From contig JACKGF010000001.1 in NCBI GenBank assembly GCA_020632095.1, forward strand, positions 541,366 through 605,365: 64,000 bases of DNA, written 5' to 3'. The notes below the pieces were generated by a model that searched no databases, had not been told where the DNA came from, and saw nothing but the letters and a program-made list of their open reading frames with translations. Shown one piece after another: positions 9,772-21,323 of the stretch (position 1 is its first letter; every line of letters starts with the position of its first letter). The position numbers were made by a program, and so were the translations under genes. This stretch comes from Candidatus Nomurabacteria bacterium. Lineage in GTDB: Bacteria > Patescibacteriota > Minisyncoccia > Phycocordibacterales > UBA918.

Positions 9772-10860
9772 ATGTTTAAATCACAAAAACAATGGGAAGA
9801 TTTTACTGAAAGCGAAATTGCCGCCATTTTACCGACTCTACAAGCCAAAGGTATTGAGCTTTTGAAAACCCAACCCCACATCAGCGGTGAACGTTATTTA
9901 ATGAGTGGACGTAAGATTGTTTTGATTGGTCGCCAGATAGATTCAAGTAAAAAAATAATTATCAAAACCAGCGCTGATAAGCCAAGTTTAGCCGAAATAG
10001 AACACGAACGCATCACCCGAGTCACCCTTGAGTCTCTCCCTTTCGCCTATCACCCATTGCTGGCTCCCAAGGAATTGTGGTCTGAAAAAATTGGTGAACG
10101 GGTAATTGTGGCCGCTGAATATATCGAACAACCAGTGTCATACTTGTCACTCCCGCTTGAACAGCAATTTGATTTGATACTACAAGCCTTCACTATGTTG
10201 GAGGGTGTTCACGCCACCACTGCCGCTCACACCAAGAGTATCCAAAATATTTTTGGCGTTTGGCGAGCCAGTGATTATCTAAAGTCAGCTGGTGACTTTG
10301 TTGCTCAAATTTCAAATACTGACTGTATCAAGTCACCAGAACCCTACCAACAAGCGATTGAAATTTTGTGCCAATCTATCACCGACGTTGAACGCTACTG
10401 TGATTTCCTTACCCACGACGATTTCGCCTTACATAACTTCCGTTTCAATGACAATAAAATTTATTTAATTGACCATGCCTCACTAATCTTTGGTAACAAG
10501 CACGAAAGCTGGGCCCGCTTTATGAATTATATGTTGCTCTATAACCGCGATTTGGAGCAAGCCTTGGTTAAGTACTTAAATGATAACACCGCGCCAGAAG
10601 AAACAGCTTCATTGCGTTTAATGCGTATCTATAAAGCTTTGGAGTTAATCTGCTACCACTGCCAAGCCACTAATAACGCCGAGGGTAACCTGCGTGAGCT
10701 GAGCAAGCAACGTGTATCTTTCTGGACCGAGTTACTAAAAGCCCTAATTAGCGACCAACCTCTAAACGAAAACATTATTACCGACTACAAAAACAACCGA
10801 GACTCCCTGCGGAGCACAGAAGAATTAGCTCGCCAAAAGGAGTTGCAGCAACTAACTTGA
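9772..10860 (+). CDS. Kinase-like (APH/choline-kinase fold) phosphotransferase family protein
   Basis: 362 aa. LTHDDFALHNFRF...LIDHASL resembles the HxDxxxxN...D catalytic/Mg-binding motifs of APH-like kinases. Confidence 0.4.
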   Translation: MFKSQKQWEDFTESEIAAILPTLQAKGIELLKTQPHISGERYLMSGRKIVLIGRQIDSSKKIIIKTSADKPSLAEIEHERITRVTLESLPFAYHPLLAPKELWSEKIGERVIVAAEYIEQPVSYLSLPLEQQFDLILQAFTMLEGVHATTAAHTKSIQNIFGVWRASDYLKSAGDFVAQISNTDCIKSPEPYQQAIEILCQSITDVERYCDFLTHDDFALHNFRFNDNKIYLIDHASLIFGNKHESWARFMNYMLLYNRDLEQALVKYLNDNTAPEETASLRLMRIYKALELICYHCQATNNAEGNLRELSKQRVSFWTELLKALISDQPLNENIITDYKNNRDSLRSTEELARQKELQQLT

Positions 10861-11631
10861 TTCCAGCAGTTTGATGAGCTCACCGGCCATCGCTTGATTA
10901 TTAGCAACATATACGCGCTGTGATTTGTTGGAAATTTCTAAAGGATGACCTTCTCTATCACAAACCACGCCACCGACTTCATTCAAAATTCCTACCGCGG
11001 CGGCAATATCAAGCGAGGAAAATGTTCCGGCTACTACACCATCCACCCGACCGGCGGCCACATAACAAAGCCAAAGGGCAGACGAGCCAAAAGTTTTTAT
11101 TTTACTGACTGAGGTTAAAAGACTCTTATATGATTCTCCAGCCCATTCACACTGACTGTCTTTACGACCCGCTGCAAACAAAACATAAGACGATTTCAAA
11201 TCCGTTATAGCAGAAGGCTGTAGCATCTCGCCATTCATCCACGCTCCTTCCCCTTTTCTGAATGAAAAAAGTTCATTGGTACAAGGGTCTAATACAGCCC
11301 CAAGGATTGGCATTCCATCTTTCAGTAGACCAATCGAAATAGCGTACTGGGGAATCCCGCGTGCAAAAGAGGCGGTGCCATCTATTGGGTCAATCGCCCA
11401 CTGATAACCATTACCGGCAATTTCCACAGCCTCTTCATTATGAATACTATGGTCTGGATACTGAGCTAAAATTTTATTAGTAATAAACTCACCCAACTCT
11501 ACATCAAGACTGGTTAGAATATCTTTCGGATTACCATTCTTGCAAGAGACGCAAAAATTCTGCTGCTTCTTCACCTCCAATAATCTACCCGCTTCTTGAA
11601 TTAAATCGAGAGTAAAGTAATAAGTATTCAT
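10852..11631 (-). CDS. Inositol monophosphatase family protein (SuhB-like)
   Basis: Contains the WAIDPIDGTASFARGIPQYAISIGL signature (WxIDPIDGT) of the IMPase/FBPase family. Confidence 0.75.
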   Translation of the reverse strand: MNTYYFTLDLIQEAGRLLEVKKQQNFCVSCKNGNPKDILTSLDVELGEFITNKILAQYPDHSIHNEEAVEIAGNGYQWAIDPIDGTASFARGIPQYAISIGLLKDGMPILGAVLDPCTNELFSFRKGEGAWMNGEMLQPSAITDLKSSYVLFAAGRKDSQCEWAGESYKSLLTSVSKIKTFGSSALWLCYVAAGRVDGVVAGTFSSLDIAAAVGILNEVGGVVCDREGHPLEISNKSQRVYVANNQAMAGELIKLLESS

Positions 11632-11654
11632 ATGTCACTATATTGGCTTTATTT

Positions 11655-11680
11655 AAACAAAAAAACAACCCGCCAGATGT
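11655..11680 (-). terminator. Intrinsic terminator hairpin (CCCGCCAG...CTGGCGGG followed by a T-run on the minus strand)
   Basis: 7-bp GC stem followed by TTGTTTTTTTGTTT on the minus strand. Confidence 0.4.
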
Positions 11681-12030
11681 TATTGGCGGGGTAATACTTC
11701 GGGGCAAGTCAGACAACCTGTACAATATAGATATATCTCTCCTTATACCGCTGAGCACAGACCACCTTAACTCGATGTTCGACCTTGTCATCCTCAGGGC
11801 AAACAAGGGTGAGGATACTTCCTTGTGGAACTATTGATTCTTTGAATGAATCGGCATCAACCGCAGCAACACCTCCTGCACCCAATGCCATAATGGTAAA
11901 TATATCAACTATCACTTCTTCCACGTCATTTTCCTTACTTATACTCGGACCTCTTTTATACCACAAAACACTAGTTATTCAATACTTTAGGTCCTGAGTT
12001 CATAAACTAAAACTAAGTATCCATAAGGGG

Positions 12031-12519
12031 TTACCCTGCCTCAAGCAAGGTTCGTGCTTCCATGACTGAGCCAGCCGGCAAGAGTGATTTTGTCTTTTCG
12101 ACCGCTGCCATGAAAGCTTCATAATTCTGAGTTACTCGACTAGGATTGATTGTGAAGCCGGTGGTGATGTGTTGTCGAAGCGTAGCGGTTGCCCATTTTC
12201 TAAATTCAATAGCCACTTTTGAATTGGTACGATAGCCAACACTAAGAATAATATCCAAGTTATATCCTTGAACTTGATAGGTTTTTCCATCGTTGGCAGT
12301 ATGTGCAAAATTTGCACATACTGCATTTTTGTCCAATTCACCATCCTTAAATACATTCCGTATATGCTTAGTTATCACTGATCTTTCAACACCAAAAACA
12401 TCAGCTATTTCAGCCTGCGTAGCCCACAGTGTTTCATTATGAAAATCCCCACGCAATTTAACCTGCCCCTTTGAACTGGTGAAAATTACTATTTCTGCCT
12501 GTTTTTCCTGCTTGTTCAT
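12031..12519 (-). CDS. RhuM-family (Virulence_RhuM) protein, possibly truncated
   Basis: Contains the conserved RhuM N-domain motifs WATQAEIADVFGVERSVITKHIRNVF and NLDIILSVGYRTNSKVAIEFRKWAT. The start is taken at MNKQ; the ORF track extends to 12591. Only about 162 aa versus about 330 aa for typical RhuM. Confidence 0.55.
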   Translation of the reverse strand: MNKQEKQAEIVIFTSSKGQVKLRGDFHNETLWATQAEIADVFGVERSVITKHIRNVFKDGELDKNAVCANFAHTANDGKTYQVQGYNLDIILSVGYRTNSKVAIEFRKWATATLRQHITTGFTINPSRVTQNYEAFMAAVEKTKSLLPAGSVMEARTLLEAG

Positions 12520-12596
12520 TGAAGCTATTTTAACACGTAGGAAAAAAACTGTAGTAACTTTGTTTAAACAAAAAAAACAGCCCAGCTGCACGGTGT

Positions 12597-12625
12597 GTGC
12601 GGCTGGGCGTTATCCTTCAAGGTTT
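12597..12625 (-). terminator. Intrinsic terminator hairpin (GCCCAGC...GCTGGGC followed by T8 on the minus strand)
   Basis: Seen directly. An A-run precedes the hairpin on the plus strand. Confidence 0.4.
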
Positions 12626-12861
12626 ACTTAGTCCTGTACAACTGCTCCTCCCTAGGAAGGACCTAGGGAGGAGTTAGAACTGCTAGGAAGCCCGTCGAGA
12701 GAGCCAGGGGTTGGGACGTTCATTCCCCAACAGCAATTCCTCGTACCCCTCTCCATCAAAAACCTCGATGGTGGGGGTGTCGAGGTTTCGCTTTAACTGG
12801 AAAACGAGTCCATGTTAATTATAATGACTAAATATCTTCTGTTTCACATTAGAAAAAACCT

Positions 12862-12949
12862 GCTCTTTCATATTTTGGGCGATGTGGTTCCAGTTGTAGG
12901 TAGTAGTAACCATTTGGTAGGCGTTCTCGGTGACTTGTTTTTTGATCGA
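12862..12949 (-). pseudogene. Duplicated 3'-terminal fragment of the glycosyltransferase gene at 13474-14718
   Basis: 88 nt matching 13525-13612 with 6 mismatches by own alignment. It encodes a ...YTWNHIAQNMKEQVF-like C-terminus. No start codon or upstream coding region. Confidence 0.55.
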
Positions 12950-13001
12950 TACTCAACTAAGCTGATTGAACCAGTGTTCATACCAACACTTAAATACCCT
13001 A

Positions 13002-13442
13002 TCATTGAGAGTCATCTGAGACTTCTCTCCTATAATAAAAATAGTAAATAACCAGACTGCCAATTATTAACACGAAGTAAATAGCGCCCTCTGTATCGTC
13101 AAATTTATATATACTACGTAAAGAAGAACTGGTAATATCAGCCACCATAGGGAAAAGTGCATTTGCCAGAATTAAGAATATTGGAGTAACCATTAACTTC
13201 CGTGACTTTGAAGAAAAATTTAAATTATTTTCCTTTTTAAAACCTAGCTTTATTCCCACTAAAAGACTTGTCCACATCAGTAAAGCCAGAGTAATCAAAA
13301 AAATAAAATTTTTATCACTACCTCCTAGAGCAAACCCTAAAAACAAAAAGGGTGTGCTCGGAATAAACAGTACGAAATAGAATATAGCTAGCGGTTTTAC
13401 CCAACGGGGCTTTGATTTAGAAGTAATAGTATTTCCGTACAT
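13002..13442 (-). CDS. Hypothetical integral membrane protein
   Basis: 146 aa with four TM segments. It lies between the GT fragment and the intact GT. Confidence 0.45.
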   Translation of the reverse strand: MYGNTITSKSKPRWVKPLAIFYFVLFIPSTPFLFLGFALGGSDKNFIFLITLALLMWTSLLVGIKLGFKKENNLNFSSKSRKLMVTPIFLILANALFPMVADITSSSLRSIYKFDDTEGAIYFVLIIGSLVIYYFYYRREVSDDSQ

Positions 13443-13473
13443 GTTTTAATCTAAATAATTTTACTAAATAATA

Positions 13474-14718
13474 TCAACTTGTAAATATCTCCTTGGTAGC
13501 AAAGTTATTTTTCAATATCTTATCAAAAACCTGTTCTTTCATATTTTCTGCGATGTGGTTCCAGTTGTAGGTGGTGGTGACCATTTGGTAGGCGTTCTCG
13601 GTGACTTGTTTTACCTGCTCTGGATGGGCGAGAATTTCTTCGACCGCTTTGGCAATTTGGTCAGGTGCGTCTTTGTCGACAGCCCAGCCAGTGGTCTCCT
13701 TGTCTGGATTGCGTTTGGCATCAAATAAGAAATCGGCAATCCCTCCCTCTTGAGTGGCAATCACTGGTAAACGTAAAACCATGGAAGAGGCGAAAGAATT
13801 ACCGAAACCTTCCGAACGACTCGGACGAATGAAGATGTCGGAAATCTGGCGATACTGCGCGGTCATAGTACGGTCGACGTGGCCGGTAAATATCACCCGC
13901 TTTCCAACTCCTTCCGTCTCAGCCAAAGCTTTGAGCTTATCCTCATCTTCCCCTCCACCCACTACCAATAATTTATAATTAGTTGGTAACAAAGCTAAAG
14001 CTTTTATTACATCATCAACGGCATTTTTATGTACCAATCTGGAAACTGAAATTAGCATCACATCACCCTCCTGCTTCCCAACCGATTCACGCAAAGCTTG
14101 CAAAGTAGCTTCATCAGCGCGTGCGCCAGCTGACTCGGTACTGGCGCCATTGGGAATAAATACTATATCTTTGGTGTAGCCCATATCCCGCGCCCACTTC
14201 TCGAGAAAATGCGATATAACTTGAATCACATCAGCTTTAATAAAAACTCTTTTAAACAGTGGCCAAATCGGCTTGTATAAACGCTCCATATACTCAGGAG
14301 GATCGCCTTCTTGCAGAGTTAGGATGCGCGTTACTTGCGGGTAAAACAAACCAAATATCGCTTGTGGAACGCCACTTGGGTGAGCCATCATTGACCAAGT
14401 CGCATTAAACTTAAGTTTACGATGCAACAACATACCCTTAATCGGTGCCCAAAAAAGATATAGGTGTTTGTTGTAGTGTAAAGGAAACTTACTCAAATCC
14501 TCCAACTCAACATTACTCTTAGTAAAACCGATGCGATGCACATGGACATTCCCTTCCTGACTTTCCTTCGGTAACTTGCTGTCGTAACCCAGACAAACCA
14601 TGTGAAATTCGTATTCATCTGGTGGGATACGGTCGGTAATTTCTTTGACTGCCACTTCGGCTCCGCCCACGTGGTCGGGATAATAATTTAGGTCGAAGAT
14701 GAGGATTTTTTTTGGCAT
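13474..14718 (-). CDS. Glycosyltransferase family 1/4
   Basis: 414 aa with the motif SRSEGFGNSFASSMVLRLPVIATQEGGIADF. Confidence 0.8.
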   Translation of the reverse strand: MPKKILIFDLNYYPDHVGGAEVAVKEITDRIPPDEYEFHMVCLGYDSKLPKESQEGNVHVHRIGFTKSNVELEDLSKFPLHYNKHLYLFWAPIKGMLLHRKLKFNATWSMMAHPSGVPQAIFGLFYPQVTRILTLQEGDPPEYMERLYKPIWPLFKRVFIKADVIQVISHFLEKWARDMGYTKDIVFIPNGASTESAGARADEATLQALRESVGKQEGDVMLISVSRLVHKNAVDDVIKALALLPTNYKLLVVGGGEDEDKLKALAETEGVGKRVIFTGHVDRTMTAQYRQISDIFIRPSRSEGFGNSFASSMVLRLPVIATQEGGIADFLFDAKRNPDKETTGWAVDKDAPDQIAKAVEEILAHPEQVKQVTENAYQMVTTTYNWNHIAENMKEQVFDKILKNNFATKEIFTS

Positions 14719-14724
14719 AAGTAA

Positions 14725-15594
14725 TTAATTATTTTTCTTTTCGGCGATATAGTCTTTTAACGAATGAGTTGGTTGCCAGCCGAGAGCAACGGTTTTATCT
14801 ATTACAACGGTCGAGGATGGCCGACTGGTTTTGCGAGGTGGTTGCAAGTCAACTTCTAAGCCGTAGAGCTCCGCTAATTCGAGCGGTGAAAAAGCTTCGT
14901 CTGAAGCAATACCAAATTCATCACCGACACCTTTTTCTGCAATCACAAGCAAAGCCTCTACTGTATCTAACACATGGGTATAGTTTCGAGTTTGCGTACC
15001 CGGACCATTAACTCGACATGGTTCGCCTTTTTTAAAGTTCTGATAAAAAATTTCTACCACTGTACCGTAACGACCAGCTAATTCTCGTGGGCCATAAACA
15101 TTATAAAAATATGAAATGGCGTAAGGTAAATCGTACCAGCGGGCGTAGTTGGCTACCAGCTCAGTATTAACCGCCTTACTCCAAGTGTAAGGAGATAGGT
15201 CGCGACCAGAAATACCATCGGAACGATCGGGGGCACCTTTGGTCGAAGAGCCAGCATAAATCAACTTACACTTCCGCTGTCGCCACCATTCAGCCACTGC
15301 CATCGTGCCGGCCGTATTTAAATCAAACACCGTCGCTGGCTCATCCATCGCCACCGCTGTACGAGAATATTCACCCAAATGAAACGCAATCTCGGGCTTT
15401 TCTGGAACCAATTTCTCAATATCCTTTGTGTGACCTTCACGATAATCAACGCCGGCGACATGGTTGTCACGAGAGCCAGTGAAATAATTGTCTAATGATA
15501 TGACTTGATATCCCTCCTTCACCAACCGTTCACACAAGTGCGAGCCAATAAATCCCGCTCCGCCAGTGACCACTGCTAATTTCTGTATTTCCAT
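14725..15594 (-). CDS. NAD-dependent epimerase/dehydratase (extended SDR)
   Basis: N-terminal VVTGGAGFIGSHLCERL Rossmann motif. Confidence 0.75.
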   Translation of the reverse strand: MEIQKLAVVTGGAGFIGSHLCERLVKEGYQVISLDNYFTGSRDNHVAGVDYREGHTKDIEKLVPEKPEIAFHLGEYSRTAVAMDEPATVFDLNTAGTMAVAEWWRQRKCKLIYAGSSTKGAPDRSDGISGRDLSPYTWSKAVNTELVANYARWYDLPYAISYFYNVYGPRELAGRYGTVVEIFYQNFKKGEPCRVNGPGTQTRNYTHVLDTVEALLVIAEKGVGDEFGIASDEAFSPLELAELYGLEVDLQPPRKTSRPSSTVVIDKTVALGWQPTHSLKDYIAEKKNN

Positions 15595-15653
15595 AATATT
15601 CCAATCATACCAAAAATACCGAGCCTGTGCTCGGTATTTTGGTATGAGAGGTT

Positions 15654-16529
15654 TTAGATGTGTCTCACTGGTGCCGTGTTGGTATTTTCTTTTGCATCGG
15701 CTTTCTTTTCTATTACTACAATCAAGTGCCCAGCAAACTTTTTATGCCAATCTGTTTGATTCAATTTTTCGTCAAAGGATTCTAATCGCTTAGCACACCA
15801 TTCGCCCAACTTAGGGTAAAGTTTATAAATAATACGTAGAGGAGCAAACATAGCTGATTCAGTACTCGCTACCACATTGAAATTATCTTTAAAATATTTC
15901 TCTGTCTCACTCGGCGACACAGCATCACAATAATTGATAATTGGTTTACCAAAATATTTTTCTAACATCAGTTTGAAGTAATAAGAAAAAAGAAAACCAT
16001 CTAGAGCGTAACGGTTGACCAGAGTCACCACCGCAAAACCACCTGGTTTTAGCACACGCAGAATTTCAGCGTAACCCTGCTTGATATCAGCGGCCTCAAG
16101 GTAACGAAAAAGTTCAATAGACGTAACCGCGTCAAAGGTATTATCTGGAAATGGTAAAGCACTGATGACGCCATTTTTGATTTCGGTTTTAGGATTTTTC
16201 TTTTGGGCTCGTTCGCGCATTCCATCGGCTGGCTCAACCCCAGTCACATTGTAGCCATTGGCTCTCAGTACTTTGATGTAGTAACCTGTTCCACAAGCAG
16301 CCTCTAGGACATCTCCCTTACCGTCTAATCGGTCATCAATAATCCGATTCATCTTTTCATACAGCTTTTTGCGACCGTAGGCAAAAGCACTGGCATAGGG
16401 ATTAACGTCCAATACAGCGTAACGGTCAAAGAAAACTGGTGAGTTGAAATCGTGAGAATTAACCGCCTTAGCACGGTATTTTAAGGTTTTTTCGTTGGCA
16501 TTTTCTGTCATAAGGTGATTATTATACAC
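15654..16529 (-). CDS. Class I SAM-dependent methyltransferase
   Basis: VLEAACGTGYY (motif I) and LKPGGFAVVT (post-I). Confidence 0.75.
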   Translation of the reverse strand: MYNNHLMTENANEKTLKYRAKAVNSHDFNSPVFFDRYAVLDVNPYASAFAYGRKKLYEKMNRIIDDRLDGKGDVLEAACGTGYYIKVLRANGYNVTGVEPADGMRERAQKKNPKTEIKNGVISALPFPDNTFDAVTSIELFRYLEAADIKQGYAEILRVLKPGGFAVVTLVNRYALDGFLFSYYFKLMLEKYFGKPIINYCDAVSPSETEKYFKDNFNVVASTESAMFAPLRIIYKLYPKLGEWCAKRLESFDEKLNQTDWHKKFAGHLIVVIEKKADAKENTNTAPVRHI

Positions 16530-17482
16530 TAAATTCTAGTAGCAATCTGTTGCATAGTTTGTACTTCCAGTTTGTCATTTTGACGCAATGAACCTACTAA
16601 CTTTAAAGAATCCTCTAAGATTTCTAACTGGATTTCTGTGTCATAAGAAAAATTCGAAGGGTGAAACCAGAGGTGAAAAATTTCTTGTCGTTCAGCAGCT
16701 TGCTTGATACCAGACCTAATTTTTCTTTTCATCATGTTGGGCGTGATTATTTTTCGTAGTCCATTACGCCCAAGTAGAAGCAAACTATCAGGAATATTTA
16801 CCAATCCAGACTCGTGCCTAGTCGGCACCACTGTGCGACAGCCTGGAATAATATAATCAAATAAACGTGCCGAGCGCCCGAATACCCCTGGTAACTTGTG
16901 ATACCAAAACTTGCTCTCACCCCGATAACAAACAAAACCAGTATCTTTTAACTGTGCATGATACCCTTCCATGTTGCGCGGGAAGATGAAGGATGCGAGC
17001 GGTAAATTATGCTTGGTGTGAATTTTTTTAACTTCAGCCAGATCAACCGTAATTGCTTCTCGTTTGATAGTTGGATGACCGTATAGAATATGAGCGTATG
17101 AGTGGCTGGCGACTTCGTGTTTAACAGGAGAATTTTTAATTAAATTAATCACTCCGGCACTATCAAACCATAACGGATCATTAGTGTCGCCAGCCGGCGG
17201 ATGGTGAGCAAACCAATCAAACTTACTATCGGTGTAGATTTCGGCCGGAAAATTACTATGTACTTTCCCTTCACACACAGAGCAGTCGTCCTCTAACAAA
17301 TGCCCCACTATCGCCCAAGTGGCAGGAATATTGTATTTTTCAAATAATTCTAATATCCGTTTTGATACCTGAGACTCCTGCCTCACCAACTCCTTTTGTG
17401 CTTCATTCAACTTAACGTCCGCATAGCCCAGTTCATATTCAAAATCAATACTGATTACAAAAGTTCCTTTACCAGAATTCAT
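16529..17482 (-). CDS. Polysaccharide deacetylase-like (CE4-like) protein
   Basis: VASHSYAHILYGHP resembles the CE4 His motifs. Glycan-cluster context. Confidence 0.45.
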   Translation of the reverse strand: MNSGKGTFVISIDFEYELGYADVKLNEAQKELVRQESQVSKRILELFEKYNIPATWAIVGHLLEDDCSVCEGKVHSNFPAEIYTDSKFDWFAHHPPAGDTNDPLWFDSAGVINLIKNSPVKHEVASHSYAHILYGHPTIKREAITVDLAEVKKIHTKHNLPLASFIFPRNMEGYHAQLKDTGFVCYRGESKFWYHKLPGVFGRSARLFDYIIPGCRTVVPTRHESGLVNIPDSLLLLGRNGLRKIITPNMMKRKIRSGIKQAAERQEIFHLWFHPSNFSYDTEIQLEILEDSLKLVGSLRQNDKLEVQTMQQIATRI

Positions 17483-17488
17483 ATATTT

Positions 17489-18928
17489 CTATTTTACCAA
17501 ATCTGACTGTTTAACGTTGCGTTTAGGAGCGGCGTAAACTCCGAACACGCCAACTAGCATCGTACTAGCTAGCGCCACGTAAATCCAACGCTCGTTTGTC
17601 GGGATGTCAGTGGCACTGACTGTCGCTAACTGAGAAGTGGTTGAAACGTAATCTGTCGAAGTTGGCTCTACATCATCAACAATTATCTCATTAACCTCCT
17701 CAGTCATTAAATCTGTTTCGCCCACAACTGATAAATCCATCATTCGACTATTTGCAGTGGCTGAAATTTTCTTAATAGGCTCTACAGTGTTGTCTGTGTA
17801 GGCCATAGCCAGACTAGCCGAAATAGGTTCATTGAATCTATTAGGCAATTGAGAAGCAACCAGTATTTTTTCTGTGTCGTAAAGAGCGACCATTGCTTCA
17901 CCACCTGAAGTTATTTTTTTACGAGGAATAGTGACGGTTTGATTGGGTAATATTACTGAGTAGGGTGGAAATTCGAACCCCTTATTCCCTGCTAATTTAT
18001 AACCAGAGACATCTATCTCATAAGGAGAATCATTATTAACCTGGATATCACCGGCTTGATTTTTAGTTAAGGAAATCTCAACTGGTAATATAGTAATTTC
18101 GTGACGAGATACTTGTTTTTGTCGTTTAAATTCACCGACCACCGTCACTACGTAAGTACCAGGATATGAAAAGACATGACTAGCCTCTTTTGTGTTTGAA
18201 ATTAAACCATCACCAAAATTCCACTGGTATTGCAATGAATCAATTAAACTTTCACCAATTCCACTCGGAGTTACGGAAAAATTTATTGACTGGTTTACAT
18301 AACCAAGTGTCTGCGCCTCAACATTAAGTTTTAAAGTAACATCTGGTAATTCCAATTTCACCGGTTCACTTTTAGAAACTTTCTTAGTCGAAGTTTTACT
18401 AGTAGTTGTTTTTGTTGCTACCTCTTCTTCACTGTTTGACACTACTGTTTTAGCGCTACCAGTTGGCGCTGACGCACCTGGAGTAGCTTTAGCTGTTACC
18501 CAACCACCACTGGTATACTGAGCAGTTTCTTTGGTTGTATTATCTCCGCCAATATTTTGCCAATTTTCTCCGCCACTAACTTGATCGACTAAAGAACCAT
18601 CAGCCCGCATCAACTTTAGTGTGGCTCCAGTGTTGACCAAAGCACCAGTGTAGATTAAAAAAGCATTTCCAACAGCTGATTCATCACTACTACGCTCCAG
18701 TACTACATACTGACCGGCTGGTATATTACCAGACAACTCTATCGATAAATTCATCCCATCATTCAATACCCAACCTGATACATCAGTCGCTTCACCGTCA
18801 TTATGTAATTCTATCCACTCGTAATTAGCTGACTCAACCGAACCCATCCAAGCTACTTCACTAATCGACACAGCAGCCCAAGCTGGAAATGGTAATAATA
18901 TTCCAAGCAATAAGTACAACCATTTCAT
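17489..18928 (-). CDS. Secreted/surface protein with lamin-tail domain (LTD) and PKD-like domain, C-terminal membrane anchor
   Basis: Signal peptide. ISEVAWMGSVESANYEWIELHNDGEATDVSGWVLND is LTD-like. FGDG...HVFSYPGTYVVTVV is PKD-like. Hydrophobic C-terminus. Confidence 0.55.
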   Translation of the reverse strand: MKWLYLLLGILLPFPAWAAVSISEVAWMGSVESANYEWIELHNDGEATDVSGWVLNDGMNLSIELSGNIPAGQYVVLERSSDESAVGNAFLIYTGALVNTGATLKLMRADGSLVDQVSGGENWQNIGGDNTTKETAQYTSGGWVTAKATPGASAPTGSAKTVVSNSEEEVATKTTTSKTSTKKVSKSEPVKLELPDVTLKLNVEAQTLGYVNQSINFSVTPSGIGESLIDSLQYQWNFGDGLISNTKEASHVFSYPGTYVVTVVGEFKRQKQVSRHEITILPVEISLTKNQAGDIQVNNDSPYEIDVSGYKLAGNKGFEFPPYSVILPNQTVTIPRKKITSGGEAMVALYDTEKILVASQLPNRFNEPISASLAMAYTDNTVEPIKKISATANSRMMDLSVVGETDLMTEEVNEIIVDDVEPTSTDYVSTTSQLATVSATDIPTNERWIYVALASTMLVGVFGVYAAPKRNVKQSDLVK

Positions 18929-18929
18929 A

Positions 18930-21305
<2,376 letters not shown>

Positions 21306-21323
21306 AATAAACCTAGTATACCA

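Noticed and set aside
11709-11966. 85-aa ORF between suhB-like and RhuM genes
   Set aside because: It has no motif and no SD, and the region contains terminator repeats. It may be a small protein but is unsupported.
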